In this document: positions 42,147 to 55,145 of the stretch, piece after piece
Layout: the number at the start of each line of letters is the position of its first letter
How positions within the stretch are numbered: position 1 is the first letter of the stretch
DNA from: Porticoccaceae bacterium
Lineage (GTDB): Bacteria; Pseudomonadota; Gammaproteobacteria; Pseudomonadales; Porticoccaceae
Length of the DNA stretch: 64,000 nucleotides
Assembly: GCA_029248755.1 (NCBI GenBank)
Contig: JAQWIR010000027.1
Location: 2,480 to 66,479 of the forward strand
Direction of reading: 5' to 3'
The notes under the pieces: generated by a model
The model's input: only the letters and a program-made list of their open reading frames with translations
Databases searched by the model: none
What the model was told of the DNA's origin: nothing
Program-made: the position numbers and the translations under genes

Positions 42147-42530
42147 CTAGGTAACTACAATAGCATCCATTTCTATTTCGGCACTTTTTGGCAATTCTTT
42201 AACGCCAATGGCTGCTCGAGCTGGATAGGGTTGCTCAAATAATTCTGCCATTATTTCATTAACAGCAGCAAAATTACTCAAATCTGTAAGAAAAATATTA
42301 AGCTTTACAATGCCGCTTAAATCAGAGCCTGCAGCTTCACACACCGCATTTAAATTAGCGAATACCTGTCGCGCCTGAGCCTGAATATCACCCGTTATCA
42401 ATTCCATGTTTTCAGGGTCTAGAGGAATCTGGCCTGAAAGATAAACCGTGTTATTTACTTTGACCGCTTGGCTGTATGGCCCGATGGCAGCAGGTGCTTT
42501 TTCTGTAAAAATATGCGCTTTGTTAGACAT
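42147..42530 (-). CDS. ridA: RidA-family enamine deaminase
   Basis: [23 protein letters not shown] and EMDA. Confidence 0.93.
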   Translation of the reverse strand: MSNKAHIFTEKAPAAIGPYSQAVKVNNTVYLSGQIPLDPENMELITGDIQAQARQVFANLNAVCEAAGSDLSGIVKLNIFLTDLSNFAAVNEIMAELFEQPYPARAAIGVKELPKSAEIEMDAIVVT

Positions 42531-42549
42531 AATATGAGTCCTTATATAA

Positions 42550-44664
42550 CTATTTGTTTTTTACCCGATAAACTCGCCGAACAGGCGCTAGGCTTCTTAT
42601 TCGGCGAATTATGTCCGCTAAGTGAACCCGATTGCGAACCGTCATAACCACATCGACAACGCTGGTGAAGGCATCCTTTTCAGTGGTGCTAATATTTTCA
42701 ATGGTAGCATCTTGATCGGTTATTCTCGAGGCAAGCGCAGCTATAAAGCCACGCTCAGGTGTTATTTCAACCTTAATCTCAACTGGGAATTCACCCTCAA
42801 CCACCTGTGACCAACTTAGCGGCATACATTTTTCAGGATGATTGCGTATTTCTTTTAGATTATGGCAAGACTCCAAATGAATAACTAACCCCTTACCTGG
42901 TGAGACATGGCCAAGGATAGGGTCGCCAGGAATAGGGTGACAACAGCGAGCATAATGAAGAATTAAACTTTCTGAGGTGTCTACAACAACAGGGAGCGAT
43001 GGCTTACGTTTATCTTCAGCAATGGTTCGTTTTGAGGGCGGCACTAAAAGATTGGCAACAGCGAAAGGTACCTGGTTACCTAAGCCAATTTGTTGCAGTA
43101 CATATTCAAAAGTTGGTGCAGAGGTTTCTTTAAGCAATCGCTTAATCTGGGATTTTCGCAACTTATTATAGGCAGTACCATAATTGGCTAGCGCTTTGTC
43201 CAATAATCGCTTACCTAGATTAACCGATTCGTCATGCTGCTGATTTTTTAGAAAGTGACGAATAGCACTACGCGCTTTTGCGGTCACTACAAAATTAAGC
43301 CAATTCGGATTGGGCTGTGCACCTTGGGTGCTGATGATTTCAATTTTCTGCCCACTTTGCAGTTGTTCTGATAAAGGTGTTAATTCACTATCCACCCTAC
43401 AGGCAATACAGCTATTGCCTAGATCAGTGTGTACCGAGTAGGCAAAGTCAACCGCTGTTGCACCTGAGGGAAGCTCAATAATTCGCCCTTTGGGAGTAAA
43501 TACATAGATTTCATCAGGGAATAAATCGGTTTTAACATGCTCTAAAAATTCCAATGAATCGCCAGCCTGTTTCTGCATCTCAAGTAAACCTTGAACCCAG
43601 CGAGTGGCTCGTCGTTGGCTAGCATCTATATTACTGTCGCTTGATTTGTATTCCCAATGAGCAGCAATACCATAGTTAGCCATAGTTTCCATTTCTTGAG
43701 TGCGGATCTGTACCTCAATAAGCACGCCATGCATGCCAACAAGTACGCTATGTAGGGATTGATAGCCATTGGACTTTGGAATTGCTATATAGTCCTTAAA
43801 TTCACCGGGGACAGGCTTAAATATATTGTGCATGATTCCAAGTGTTCGATAGCAATCATCCACAGAGTCAACAATTAAGCGGAAAGCAAACACATCCATA
43901 ATATCGCGAAAAGACTTTTGCTTGTCGCGCATTTTTTTGTAGATGCTCCACACATGCTTTTCTCGCCCTTTAACAATAGCGGGAAATGATTCTTTCTCTA
44001 GGCGAACTTCAATGGCTTGATGGATTTCGGAAACAATTTCTTTTCGATTTTTACTGGCTGCTTTTAGCGCCTCTCGCAATCGTCTATGACGCAGAGGATA
44101 CATGGTGGAAAAACCTAAATCCTCAAACTCTATACGCACATCATTAATCCCTAGGCGCTGAGCAATAGGAGCGTAGATATCTAGGGTTTCTCTTGCAATA
44201 CGACGACGTTTTTCCGGCGGCAAAACACCCAGTGTGCGCATATTATGAAGTCGATCGGCGAGCTTAACCAGCACCACGCGAATATCTTTAGACATGGCGA
44301 GGGTCATTTTTTGAAAACTTTCGGCTTGTAATTGGGCTTTAGTTTCGAATTCGATTTCGCTTAGTTTACTAACCCCGTCTACCAAGTCGGCAACTGTGCG
44401 CCCAAAACGCCGGCTAATTTGACCTTTGGTAACCCCAGTATCTTCAATCACATCATGAAGTAAAGCCGCCATAAGGCTTTCATGATCCAAACGCATGTCA
44501 GCCAAGATATTGGCGACGGCTAGAGGGTGAGTGATGTAGGGGTCGCCACTCTGACGCAGCTGGCCAGAATGACATTGATCGGCGTACCTGTAGGCACGCT
44601 CGATTTTTTTAACCTCTTTTTGCTCGAGGTAGTTGGAGAGCTTTTCGGTTAGTACTGAAAGCAC
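42550..44664 (-). CDS. spoT: Bifunctional (p)ppGpp synthetase/hydrolase
   Basis: Intact HD motif (LLHDVIEDT), synthetase YQSLH/EVQIRT, and TGS and ACT domains; follows rpoZ. Confidence 0.97.
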   Translation of the reverse strand: MLSVLTEKLSNYLEQKEVKKIERAYRYADQCHSGQLRQSGDPYITHPLAVANILADMRLDHESLMAALLHDVIEDTGVTKGQISRRFGRTVADLVDGVSKLSEIEFETKAQLQAESFQKMTLAMSKDIRVVLVKLADRLHNMRTLGVLPPEKRRRIARETLDIYAPIAQRLGINDVRIEFEDLGFSTMYPLRHRRLREALKAASKNRKEIVSEIHQAIEVRLEKESFPAIVKGREKHVWSIYKKMRDKQKSFRDIMDVFAFRLIVDSVDDCYRTLGIMHNIFKPVPGEFKDYIAIPKSNGYQSLHSVLVGMHGVLIEVQIRTQEMETMANYGIAAHWEYKSSDSNIDASQRRATRWVQGLLEMQKQAGDSLEFLEHVKTDLFPDEIYVFTPKGRIIELPSGATAVDFAYSVHTDLGNSCIACRVDSELTPLSEQLQSGQKIEIISTQGAQPNPNWLNFVVTAKARSAIRHFLKNQQHDESVNLGKRLLDKALANYGTAYNKLRKSQIKRLLKETSAPTFEYVLQQIGLGNQVPFAVANLLVPPSKRTIAEDKRKPSLPVVVDTSESLILHYARCCHPIPGDPILGHVSPGKGLVIHLESCHNLKEIRNHPEKCMPLSWSQVVEGEFPVEIKVEITPERGFIAALASRITDQDATIENISTTEKDAFTSVVDVVMTVRNRVHLADIIRRIRSLAPVRRVYRVKNK

Positions 44665-44700
44665 CTGTGATTCGCCTCCCCATTTTGCTTAGAGTTTTTT

Positions 44701-44967
44701 CTAGAGAGCGCCTTGCGGTGCATCATCAGGATTCTCTTCAGCATCGACAATTTCATAGTCGCGTTCGACTTCTTCAAGAAATTCAGGAGTAATCAACCCC
44801 TGCTCAATTTCACGAAGAGCGATAACGGTTGGCTTGTCGTTTTCTGAGTCGACAAGGGGTGGACGACCATCGACAGCTATTTGACGAGCTCGCTTGGAGC
44901 CGACCATAACTAATTCAAAACGGTTATCAACAAAATTCAAACAATCTTCTACTGTAATGCGAGCCAT
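44701..44967 (-). CDS. rpoZ: RNA polymerase omega subunit
   Basis: MARITVEDC...NRFELV...KRARQ...[11 protein letters not shown]. Confidence 0.97.
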   Translation of the reverse strand: MARITVEDCLNFVDNRFELVMVGSKRARQIAVDGRPPLVDSENDKPTVIALREIEQGLITPEFLEEVERDYEIVDAEENPDDAPQGAL

Positions 44968-45047
44968 ATTTAATCCGCTGAACAAAAATAATTAGATTTG
45001 GCGGCTTTTTACCACCGGGAACCTGCGATTTTACCTAATTTGAGTGC

Positions 45048-45656
45048 CTACGACAATAAATCAATTAATAGTTTTCCATGTCTTTGGCTATTGATTTCAA
45101 GTCGTTTTGCTTCAACGATGCTTTGAAGCTGACTACAGGCTAGCTCGAACTGATCATTTATGACTAAATAATCAGCCTCGTTGCAGTGACTCATTTCTTC
45201 TTTAGCGGCGGCGATACGCTGCTGTATCACAGTATCTGAATCCTGACCGCGGCCTTTTAAGCGCTCAAATAATGTTTGCTTAGTAGGGGGCAGAATAAAA
45301 ATACTTTTACTGTCTGGAAATTTTTCTCGCACCTGTTCAGCACCCTGCCAATCTATTTCGAGAATAACATCCATGCCCTTATTGAGCGTACTTTTGACCC
45401 ATTGCTCCGATGTGCCATAGTAATTGTTATGGACCTTAGCATGCTCAACAAACTGTTGTTGTTCTACCATAGTTTCAAATTGCTGATGAGAAACAAAATG
45501 ATAATCCACTCCGCTAGTTTCGCCAGAGCGACTTGGTCTGGTGGTGTGAGAAACGGAAACCTGTATATTGTTGAGCCGACTAAGTAGCTCAGCAACTAGG
45601 CTGGTTTTACCCGCCCCAGAGGGCGCTGAAATAATAAATAGAGTACCAAATGTCAT
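45048..45656 (-). CDS. gmk: Guanylate kinase
   Basis: APSGAGKTS, SHTTR, NYYGT and EIDWQGA; ATG 45656 preferred. Confidence 0.97.
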   Translation of the reverse strand: MTFGTLFIISAPSGAGKTSLVAELLSRLNNIQVSVSHTTRPSRSGETSGVDYHFVSHQQFETMVEQQQFVEHAKVHNNYYGTSEQWVKSTLNKGMDVILEIDWQGAEQVREKFPDSKSIFILPPTKQTLFERLKGRGQDSDTVIQQRIAAAKEEMSHCNEADYLVINDQFELACSQLQSIVEAKRLEINSQRHGKLLIDLLS

Positions 45657-45756
45657 AATAGAGCTAATAATATCCTGTTCAGAACAACAATTTACGAAAG
45701 TGTACATTAGTAGAAAAATAAATCTATGATCTATTACGCATCTATTTTACTAAAGC

Positions 45757-46620
45757 TTATTCAATATTTTGAATTTGCTCGCGCATTTGTTCAATCAAAA
45801 CTTTCAGTTCAACTGAGGCTTGAGTGGTAATCGTTGAAATAGATTTTGAGCCCAATGTATTGGCTTCACGATTTAGCTCTTGCATCAAAAAGTCTAGTCT
45901 GCGTCCCACAGATTCTTTGTCATTCAGCACTCGGCGAATTTCAATCACATGGGCTTCTAGTCGATCAATTTCCTCATCGACATCAGCGCGATTGGCAATA
46001 ATGACCATTTCCTGCTCAAGTCGTTGTTCATCGAGCTGGTCTTTTAATTCTGATAGCTTTTCATGCAGACGATTGCGTTGAAATTCAAGAATTTCGGGCA
46101 AATTTTTGCGCACTAAGGCTATTTGAGTCTCAATGCCTAATAGCCTTTGCTCAATCATATCTGCTAGCTTTTCGCCCTCGCGTTCACGGCCTTCAAGCAT
46201 TTGATCTAAGGCTAAATCAAAGGCTTTAATACCTGCTGAAGTGAGTTGTTTGGTATCTAAAGCAGAATCTTTCAGCACGCCGGGTAATTTCATTATGTCT
46301 ACAGCTGAAATGGCGCCGGGCTGAGTTATTTCAGCCGAAATAGATTCAACGATATTTATATGCTCACGGGCCGCTTCCAAATTTAACTCAGAAGAGACAT
46401 CTAAGCGGTTAAAAGCAAGCTGTACAGAGCAATCAATTTTGCCTCGCCCCAGTTTTTTACGCGCCATATCTCGAAGTGTAGTTTCTGTCTCGCGCAGAGA
46501 TTCAGGCATTCTAAAGCCAACCTCTAAAAATCGATGGTTGACCGATTTAAGCTCAAAGCTTATTGATCCCCAGTTATATTCTTCAGTAATTCTGGCATAT
46601 GCGGTCATACTGCGTGGCAT
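45757..46620 (-). CDS. yicC: YicC/YloC-family endoribonuclease
   Basis: RSMTAYA, SVNHRFLE, GRRLDFLMQELNREANT and EQMREQIQNIE. Confidence 0.95.
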   Translation of the reverse strand: MPRSMTAYARITEEYNWGSISFELKSVNHRFLEVGFRMPESLRETETTLRDMARKKLGRGKIDCSVQLAFNRLDVSSELNLEAAREHINIVESISAEITQPGAISAVDIMKLPGVLKDSALDTKQLTSAGIKAFDLALDQMLEGREREGEKLADMIEQRLLGIETQIALVRKNLPEILEFQRNRLHEKLSELKDQLDEQRLEQEMVIIANRADVDEEIDRLEAHVIEIRRVLNDKESVGRRLDFLMQELNREANTLGSKSISTITTQASVELKVLIEQMREQIQNIE

Positions 46621-46733
46621 AGTGACTCCATAAATTTTTAATTTGAAGGTATTCTAACAAAGGCGGTTAAAGAGGGGGAAGATTTGTTACAATTGTTACT
46701 TCACATTTAAGATTTTGTAATAAGGCTTTAATC

Positions 46734-47453
46734 ATGACAAGACCAAGTGGACGTCGTCCAGAACAATTGCGCCAAGTAAAAATTACTAGAGAATACACAC
46801 AACATGCTGAAGGTTCTGTATTAGTCGAGTTCGGCAATACTAAAGTTATCTGTAATGCCAGTGTTGAAAATAGCGTACCGCGATTTTTGCGTGGCAAAGG
46901 TCAGGGTTGGGTAACTGCGGAATACGGCATGCTTCCCAGATCCACAAATAGCCGTATGGGAAGAGAGGCGGCGCGCGGAAAACAATCGGGTCGTACCCAA
47001 GAAATCCAAAGATTGATAGGGCGATCATTGCGCGCCGCCGTAGACCTTAAGCAACTGGGTGAAAATACTATCTATGTTGATTGTGACGTAATTCAAGCTG
47101 ATGGTGGCACAAGAACCGCAGCTATCACGGGTGGCTGTGTTGCTCTGGTTGATGCGATACGCTATCTACAGCGTGAAAAGCTGATTAAAGACGATCCCTT
47201 ATTGCATATGATCGCTGCAGTTTCTGTTGGTGTTTACAAGGGCTCACCTGTTCTCGACCTAGATTATCCTGAAGACTCTAATGCAGAGACCGATATGAAT
47301 GTGGTCATGGACGCCAATGGCGGCTATATTGAAATTCAGGGAACTGCTGAGGAAGCACCATTTTCAGGCGACGCTTTGACAGAAATGTTGCAACTGGCAA
47401 ATCAGGGAATTGCCGATCTTGTAAGGGTTCAAAAGATGGCATTGGCCCAATAG
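46734..47453 (+). CDS. rph: Ribonuclease PH
   Basis: [14 protein letters not shown] and [14 protein letters not shown]. Confidence 0.98.
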   Translation: MTRPSGRRPEQLRQVKITREYTQHAEGSVLVEFGNTKVICNASVENSVPRFLRGKGQGWVTAEYGMLPRSTNSRMGREAARGKQSGRTQEIQRLIGRSLRAAVDLKQLGENTIYVDCDVIQADGGTRTAAITGGCVALVDAIRYLQREKLIKDDPLLHMIAAVSVGVYKGSPVLDLDYPEDSNAETDMNVVMDANGGYIEIQGTAEEAPFSGDALTEMLQLANQGIADLVRVQKMALAQ

Positions 47454-47504
47454 TCCTAAAACTGATCTATTCTTAAATAAATGGAATCAAAAGATTACTA
47501 ACTG

Positions 47505-48146
47505 ATGAAAACATACAAAGTAGAATTTATAGAAAATGCCATTGCTAATGGTGCCCTTAAGTTTGGTCAATTTGAGCTTAAGTCGGGTCGCACATCACCC
47601 CATTTTTTTAATGCGGGAGAGTTTTATAAAGGGTCTGCATTGGCTGCACTGGGTAAGTGTTACGCCACCGCTATTGTTGAGTCAGGCATTGAATTTGATG
47701 TGCTTTTTGGCCCCGCATACAAAGGTATAACCTTGGCTGCAGCAACCTCCATTGCTCTGTCAGAGCATCATGGTATAGATGTGCCCTACTGCTTTAACCG
47801 CAAAGAGGCAAAGGCTCATGGTGAAGGTGGAGCTTTGGTAGGGGCGCCCCTTGAAGGCAAGGTTTTAATTATCGATGACGTGATTACCGCAGGTACCGCT
47901 ATTAGAGAAGTGATGTCGATATTAGAGCAAGCAGGCGCTGTGGCCGCCGGCGTATTGATTGGCCTAGATCGCAAAGAGCGCGGCAAAACAGATCAGTCCG
48001 CTATTCAAGAGGTGGAGGAACAGTTTGGAATTCCTGTGGCAAGCATTATTGATATAGATGATATTTTGCACTATCTTAAAGCTAAGCCAGATCACAATAA
48101 TTTAGTTGAGCAGATTGATAAATACCGACAGCAGTATGGCGTATAG
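47505..48146 (+). CDS. pyrE: Orotate phosphoribosyltransferase
   Basis: LKSGR.SP.FFN, GPAYKGI, NRKEAK.HGEGG and DDVITAGTA. Confidence 0.98.
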   Translation: MKTYKVEFIENAIANGALKFGQFELKSGRTSPHFFNAGEFYKGSALAALGKCYATAIVESGIEFDVLFGPAYKGITLAAATSIALSEHHGIDVPYCFNRKEAKAHGEGGALVGAPLEGKVLIIDDVITAGTAIREVMSILEQAGAVAAGVLIGLDRKERGKTDQSAIQEVEEQFGIPVASIIDIDDILHYLKAKPDHNNLVEQIDKYRQQYGV

Positions 48147-48166
48147 ATACTGCTTGCTAATTAGGA

Positions 48167-48754
48167 TCAGTTAAAAATTTGATCTGAGACTAGCGCCCAT
48201 TGTTCGGACCAGTATTGAGTAGGTGGTTGTTTAAAGTCGCTGCGAACAAACTGACTAATTTTCCCTTCAACTAGATTAATCATTAAATCAACTGCTATTG
48301 CAGGGCTTGGATTGATGGTAATTCCTTGACTGAGTTCAGCTTGTCTTATTATTTGCTTAAGCTGAGATTCTAGTCGACTAAATAGCTGGGCGACACGCTG
48401 CTGTAATCGTTCGTTTTCTCCCGCTAAGGCATCGCCATGGAGTATTCGGCTAATTCCAGCATTTTTTTCGGCAAAGGTTAAGCATAGACTGAGGATTCTA
48501 TAGCACTGATTAATCGCATCTGGTTCATCGTTAATAATAGTCGTAACCCGAGCAAATATAGTCTCTTCAATAAAATCAATCAGCCCTTCATACATTTTAG
48601 TTTTACTGGGAAAGTGTCGATATAGGGCTGCCTCTGAACAGCCTAACTCAGAGGCTAGAGCCGCAGTAGTGATGCGTCCGCCGCGAGATGACTCCAGCAT
48701 TAGTGCTAGAGCTTGAAGAATATCCTGAGCTTTGGAGCTTCGTTTAGCGACCAT
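48167..48754 (-). CDS. slmA: Nucleoid occlusion factor (TetR family)
   Basis: ILQALA.MLE...RITTA.LA...SEAALYRHFPSK.KMYEGLIDFIEE. Confidence 0.9.
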   Translation of the reverse strand: MVAKRSSKAQDILQALALMLESSRGGRITTAALASELGCSEAALYRHFPSKTKMYEGLIDFIEETIFARVTTIINDEPDAINQCYRILSLCLTFAEKNAGISRILHGDALAGENERLQQRVAQLFSRLESQLKQIIRQAELSQGITINPSPAIAVDLMINLVEGKISQFVRSDFKQPPTQYWSEQWALVSDQIFN

Positions 48755-48767
48755 CAGCAGTCTCCGC

Positions 48768-51106
<2,339 letters not shown>

Positions 51107-51135
51107 AGTACTTTGCTCTCGATGCTGTTGTATAT

Positions 51136-52332
51136 TTAGTTATCGATTTTGTCAGCTATTAAGACAACAATTTCTCGAGCAAGTTGCGTCTTACTTTTTT
51201 TGCTAAGGGATTGACAGCTGTCAGCATCGATCCATAAGGCTTCGTTATCATCAGAGTTAAAGCCAATATCGTCGCGAGATACATCATTGGCTATAATCGC
51301 ATCTAAATTTTTTCTGTTTAACTTATCGCGAGCATGATTCTCTATATTTTCGGTTTCGGCAGCAAACCCTAAAACAAACATTTTTGGGTTGTTTTCTGAC
51401 AATATAGCTACAATATCGGGCGTTTTCGACAAATTTAGCGACATATTATCAGATTTTTTCTTTATTTTTTGACTGGATAGTTCAGTAACTTGGTAGTCGG
51501 CGACGGCCGCAGATGAGATAAAAATATCCGCTTCTTTGGCAGCTTTCGTCGCAGCCTCTAGCATTTCGCTGGCAGAAACTACAGGTATTAGTTGGCAGCG
51601 ATCTGGGCTATCAAGTGAAACAGGTCCTGAGATAAGAGTGACGATTGCACCGGCTTCAATCATAGCGCTTGCCAGTGCAAAGCCCATTTTACCTGAGCTG
51701 TGATTACTGATATAGCGAACGGGGTCAATAGCCTCTCTGGTGGGGCCAGCGGTAATCACCACCCGTTTCCCAGACAAAATACCAGAGTCAAAAATACCAC
51801 AAAGTTGGTCGACAATGGCTTCTGGCTGTTGCAGTCTACCCGGGCCTGTATCGCCACAGGCTTGGATGCCATCATCAGGTTCAAAGAGGGTGATGTTTCT
51901 CTGCTTTAGGCGCTCAATATTGTCCAAAGAGGCCGGCTGAGACCACATGGCTTGATTCATGGCGGGAGCAACAACAATACTGCCTGAGGACGCTAGGCAA
52001 ACAGTCGTCAAAAGGTCATTGGCAATCCCTTGGCTTAATGCAGCGATAAAATTAGCTGTGGCTGGGGCAATTAATACTATATCCGCCCAGCGTGCGAGCT
52101 CAATATGACCCATCGCGGCCTCCGCTTTTGGGTCGAGCAGATTGGTATGAACAGGCTTTCCGGTCAGGGCTTGAAGTGTGAGTGGTCGGATAAATTCTTG
52201 AGCAGAATCAGTCATTATGACCCGCACTTCAGCACCCTCATCTTGTAAGCGACGAGCAATTTCAGCACTTTTATAAGCGGCAATACCACCAGTAATGCCA
52301 AGAATGATGCGTTTTTGTGACAGACTACTCAT
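51136..52332 (-). CDS. coaBC: Phosphopantothenoylcysteine decarboxylase/ligase
   Basis: GGIAAYK, HIELARW, PAMN, TAGPTRE.IDPVRY and GFAAET. Confidence 0.97.
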   Translation of the reverse strand: MSSLSQKRIILGITGGIAAYKSAEIARRLQDEGAEVRVIMTDSAQEFIRPLTLQALTGKPVHTNLLDPKAEAAMGHIELARWADIVLIAPATANFIAALSQGIANDLLTTVCLASSGSIVVAPAMNQAMWSQPASLDNIERLKQRNITLFEPDDGIQACGDTGPGRLQQPEAIVDQLCGIFDSGILSGKRVVITAGPTREAIDPVRYISNHSSGKMGFALASAMIEAGAIVTLISGPVSLDSPDRCQLIPVVSASEMLEAATKAAKEADIFISSAAVADYQVTELSSQKIKKKSDNMSLNLSKTPDIVAILSENNPKMFVLGFAAETENIENHARDKLNRKNLDAIIANDVSRDDIGFNSDDNEALWIDADSCQSLSKKSKTQLAREIVVLIADKIDN

Positions 52333-52412
52333 TAATATTCCGATAACCCTTTTATAAGTGGCTAAGATAACACTTCAGAGGGGAATTCTATAGTGATAAA
52401 TAAGGACTAATT

Positions 52413-53087
52413 ATGTCGATAAGACAATGGCCATTAGAAGATAGGCCTAGAGAAAAGTTATTGGCTAGGGGGCCGAAGGCGCTCACGGATGCCGAATTAT
52501 TGGCCATTTTTCTTAGAGTGGGGCGCAAGGGTGTGAGCGCCAAGCAAATGGCCCAAGAGTTAATTGATTACTTTGGTGGTTTAGGGCCCCTATTAAAAGC
52601 TGACCAAAAAGTATTTTGCGCGGCTAAAGGTTTAGGTCAGGCTAAATTTTGTCAATTACAGGCGACTCTTGAACTCACTCGCCGCTATTTGGACGAGCAG
52701 CTTCGCACGGAGGATATATTCACCAGCCCAGAAAAAGTTATGGATTATTTAGCGATTCAGATGCGCGATAATCACCGCGAGGTATTTGCTGTTATGCTGT
52801 TGGATACTCGCCATCGGCTAATTGAGCTACTTGAATTATTTTTTGGCACGATTAACTCAGCTAGCGTTCACCCGCGTGAGGTAGCAAAGGTGGCATTAGA
52901 AAAAAATGCATCATCTGTTATTGTGGCCCACAATCATCCAAGTGGAAGTGCAGAGCCCAGTCGCGCTGACATTCTGATTACAAAAAGACTTAAGTCAGCC
53001 CTAGAAATTATAGATGTAAAGCTTCTGGATCATTTTGTCATTGGCAAAGGTGAAATTGTGTCTTTAGCGGCCATGGGGAAGCTATAG
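52413..53087 (+). CDS. radC: RadC-family JAB-domain protein
   Basis: PREKLL, DAELLA, VHPREV, HNHPSG..EPS..D and LLDHFVIG. Confidence 0.95.
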   Translation: MSIRQWPLEDRPREKLLARGPKALTDAELLAIFLRVGRKGVSAKQMAQELIDYFGGLGPLLKADQKVFCAAKGLGQAKFCQLQATLELTRRYLDEQLRTEDIFTSPEKVMDYLAIQMRDNHREVFAVMLLDTRHRLIELLELFFGTINSASVHPREVAKVALEKNASSVIVAHNHPSGSAEPSRADILITKRLKSALEIIDVKLLDHFVIGKGEIVSLAAMGKL

Positions 53088-53197
53088 TGCTATACACTAG
53101 CTTTGCCGTTCTTGATGGAGGCTTTTTTAGTAAATTTTGTCAAATCGCCAACAATAAAAAAAAACTGTCAGATTAGTGGGTAATTATCGGTTTTTGT

Positions 53198-53236
53198 TTG
53201 CTTCAAGGTAGGGTTTCTGGTATAAAACGCGCCTCC
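53198..53236 (+). promoter_or_regulatory. sigma70 promoter of rpmB-rpmG with a GC-rich discriminator
   Basis: TTGCTT-17 bp-TATAAA followed by ACGCGCCTCC, typical of stringently controlled promoters. Confidence 0.65.
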
Positions 53237-53334
53237 TTGAAAGACGACTTTGTACAAAGGTTGTTTGGGAAACAATATTCAGTAGCCGATGGGTCAATGC
53301 CCAGAGCACAAATTGCAAATAAGAGGCAGCAATT

Positions 53335-53571
53335 ATGTCTAGAGTATGTCAGGTCACGGGTAAGCGCCCAATGGCTGGAAACAATGTATCTCATGCGAAG
53401 AATAGAACTCGTCGTCGCTTTGAGCCTAATCTACACACACACCGTTTTTGGATTGAGTCTGAGAAGCGATTTGTGAAATTACGCGTTTCTACCAAAGGAA
53501 TGCGCATTATTGATAAAAATGGTATTGAAAACGTTCTTGCTAGCCTTCGTGCAAACGGCGAGAAAATTTAG
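53335..53571 (+). CDS. rpmB: 50S ribosomal protein L28
   Basis: [29 protein letters not shown]. Confidence 0.98.
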   Translation: MSRVCQVTGKRPMAGNNVSHAKNRTRRRFEPNLHTHRFWIESEKRFVKLRVSTKGMRIIDKNGIENVLASLRANGEKI

Positions 53572-53582
53572 AGGATTAAAAA

Positions 53583-53750
53583 ATGGCTAAGTCAGCTCGA
53601 GAGAAAATTCGATTAGTGTCTAGTGCCGGAACAGGACACTTCTATACAACAGACAAAAACAAGCGCAACACGCCTGATAAGATGGAAATCAAAAAATACG
53701 ATCCTACCATCCGCAAGCACGTTATCTACAAAGAAGCTAAAATTAAGTAG
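53583..53750 (+). CDS. rpmG: 50S ribosomal protein L33 (missed by the ORF track, 55 aa)
   Basis: Manual translation [55 protein letters not shown]; GAGGA SD upstream. Confidence 0.97.
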   Translation: MAKSAREKIRLVSSAGTGHFYTTDKNKRNTPDKMEIKKYDPTIRKHVIYKEAKIK

Positions 53751-53799
53751 CAATAATCTACCGTCGAGACTTCTTGCTCGATACTTAATTATTTCCTAT

Positions 53800-53833
53800 A
53801 AAATAAAGGCCCTGACATAAATGCCAGGGCCTT
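53800..53833 (-). terminator. Intrinsic terminator of the cold-shock gene (possibly bidirectional)
   Basis: AAGGCCCTG...CAGGGCCTT stem (53806-53833) with an A-rich tract on its left, i.e. a U tail on the minus strand. Confidence 0.7.
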
Positions 53834-53872
53834 ACAAGAACTTTTGTCACTGCCTAGGGCAGTCAAATAACC

Positions 53873-54085
53873 TTAGTCGGCTACTACATTCTCAGCTTGA
53901 AGGCCCTTTTGGCTTTCAGCAACTTCCATAGTTACAGCTTGACCTTCTTTTAAAGACTTAAAGCCTTCAGCTTGAATGGCACTGTGATGAACAAATACAT
54001 CGCTACCGCCTTCCTGCTCAATAAAACCAAAACCTTTACTATCATTAAACCACTTTACAGTGCCAGCAACTCTTTCGCCTGACAT
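53873..54085 (-). CDS. Cold-shock protein (CspA family)
   Basis: GTVKWFN..KGFGFI and DVFVH.SAI; GAGG SD before ATG 54085. Confidence 0.96.
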   Translation of the reverse strand: MSGERVAGTVKWFNDSKGFGFIEQEGGSDVFVHHSAIQAEGFKSLKEGQAVTMEVAESQKGLQAENVVAD

Positions 54086-54244
54086 AACAACCTCACTTAA
54101 ATACAACAACGCCCAAAATGGGCACTTTAAACACCAGCCTCTGATGAGACTGAATTAACACTTTAACCAAAAAAACATTTAAGACTAAAGATCCCCACTG
54201 AAAAAATAAGCCTTAAAGGCAAAATAAAATATTCAGGAGTGCGC

Positions 54245-54273
54245 AGTGTATTATTTTTTTAGTGGTTTGGCTA
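54245..54273 (-). promoter_or_regulatory. Putative sigma70 promoter of the csp gene, implying an ~150-nt 5' UTR
   Basis: On the minus strand, TAGCCA-17 bp-TACACT followed by GCGCAC. Confidence 0.45.
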
Positions 54274-54489
54274 ATTTTCAGCGAATTTTAGTTAAAATTA
54301 ATTAGATTTTGATGTGTTTTATGAGTTTATAGCCTGGAAATACTGATTATTTAACCTAAAATTGGATTTTAAAGTTAGCAAAATTTTTCTTATATTTGGC
54401 TGTGTTAACATTAAAAGGTACAAAATTTATTCTTACATTAAATCTTTTAAAAGGATTTGATACGTACTTCCTAAGGGAAATTAGGTGAA

Positions 54490-54714
54490 ATGGTGAACGT
54501 AATTCAAGGCATATATAAACACTATAAGGGCAACAATTATCAAGTTTATGGTGTAGCTAAGCACAGTGAGGGCGAGCCTGATATGGTTGTTTACCGCCCA
54601 CTTTACGGTGATCGCCAACTATGGGTGCGGCCCCTGAAGATGTTTCTGGAAACGGTTGATGTCAATGGGCAAAAGCGACCTCGTTTTGAGTTTTTAGAGC
54701 AGGGTAATGAATGA
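54490..54714 (+). CDS. DUF1653 domain protein
   Basis: GIYKHYKG..Y.V..VAKHSE...VVYRPLYG...LWVRPL.MF. Confidence 0.9.
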   Translation: MVNVIQGIYKHYKGNNYQVYGVAKHSEGEPDMVVYRPLYGDRQLWVRPLKMFLETVDVNGQKRPRFEFLEQGNE

Positions 54715-55127
54715 TTTTTATCACGCATTCTATTTCAATCCCCTTAGAAGAGATTGAATTAACTGCTATTAGAGCGAGTGGTCCTGGTGGACAAAATGTG
54801 AATAAAGTCTCCTCTGCGGTGCATTTACGCTTTAATATTTACCAATCTTCATTGCCTGAGTTTTTTCAGCAACGATTAATGGCCCTAAGTGATCAGCGGA
54901 TTACAAAAGAGGGGGTTATTATTCTTAAAGCTCAGCAGTATCGTAGTTGGGAGAAAAACCGCGCTGAAGCCATTCAGCGATTAAAGTTGTTATTGCAGTC
55001 TGTGGCAACAACGCCGAAAGCTAGAAAGGCGACTAGGCCAACCAGAAGCTCACAAAGAAAGCGTTTGGATAAAAAAGCTCAGCACGGTCAAAAGAAAGCG
55101 ATGCGCTCTAAGCGCATATTTGATTAA
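54711..55127 (+). CDS. arfB: Alternative ribosome rescue factor B (peptidyl-tRNA hydrolase)
   Basis: RASGPGGQNVNKVSSAV and a basic C-terminal tail. Confidence 0.95.
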   Translation: MIFITHSISIPLEEIELTAIRASGPGGQNVNKVSSAVHLRFNIYQSSLPEFFQQRLMALSDQRITKEGVIILKAQQYRSWEKNRAEAIQRLKLLLQSVATTPKARKATRPTRSSQRKRLDKKAQHGQKKAMRSKRIFD

Positions 55128-55145
55128 AGAGGTGTGAATAATTAA

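Noticed and set aside
47454-47504. pyrE attenuator as in E. coli rph-pyrE
   Set aside because: No GC stem followed by a U tract is visible.
52413-53087. RadC/JAB protein as a defence or mobile-element marker
   Set aside because: It is the full-length chromosomal radC in its canonical coaBC/rpmB position.
53198-53820. ORFs 53198-53476 and 53623-53820
   Set aside because: Wrong frames overlapping the rpmB promoter/gene and the real rpmG (53583-53750).
54274-54489. AT-rich intergenic tract as a possible repeat array or origin
   Set aside because: No periodic repeats or DnaA-box cluster seen; consistent with divergent promoter DNA.
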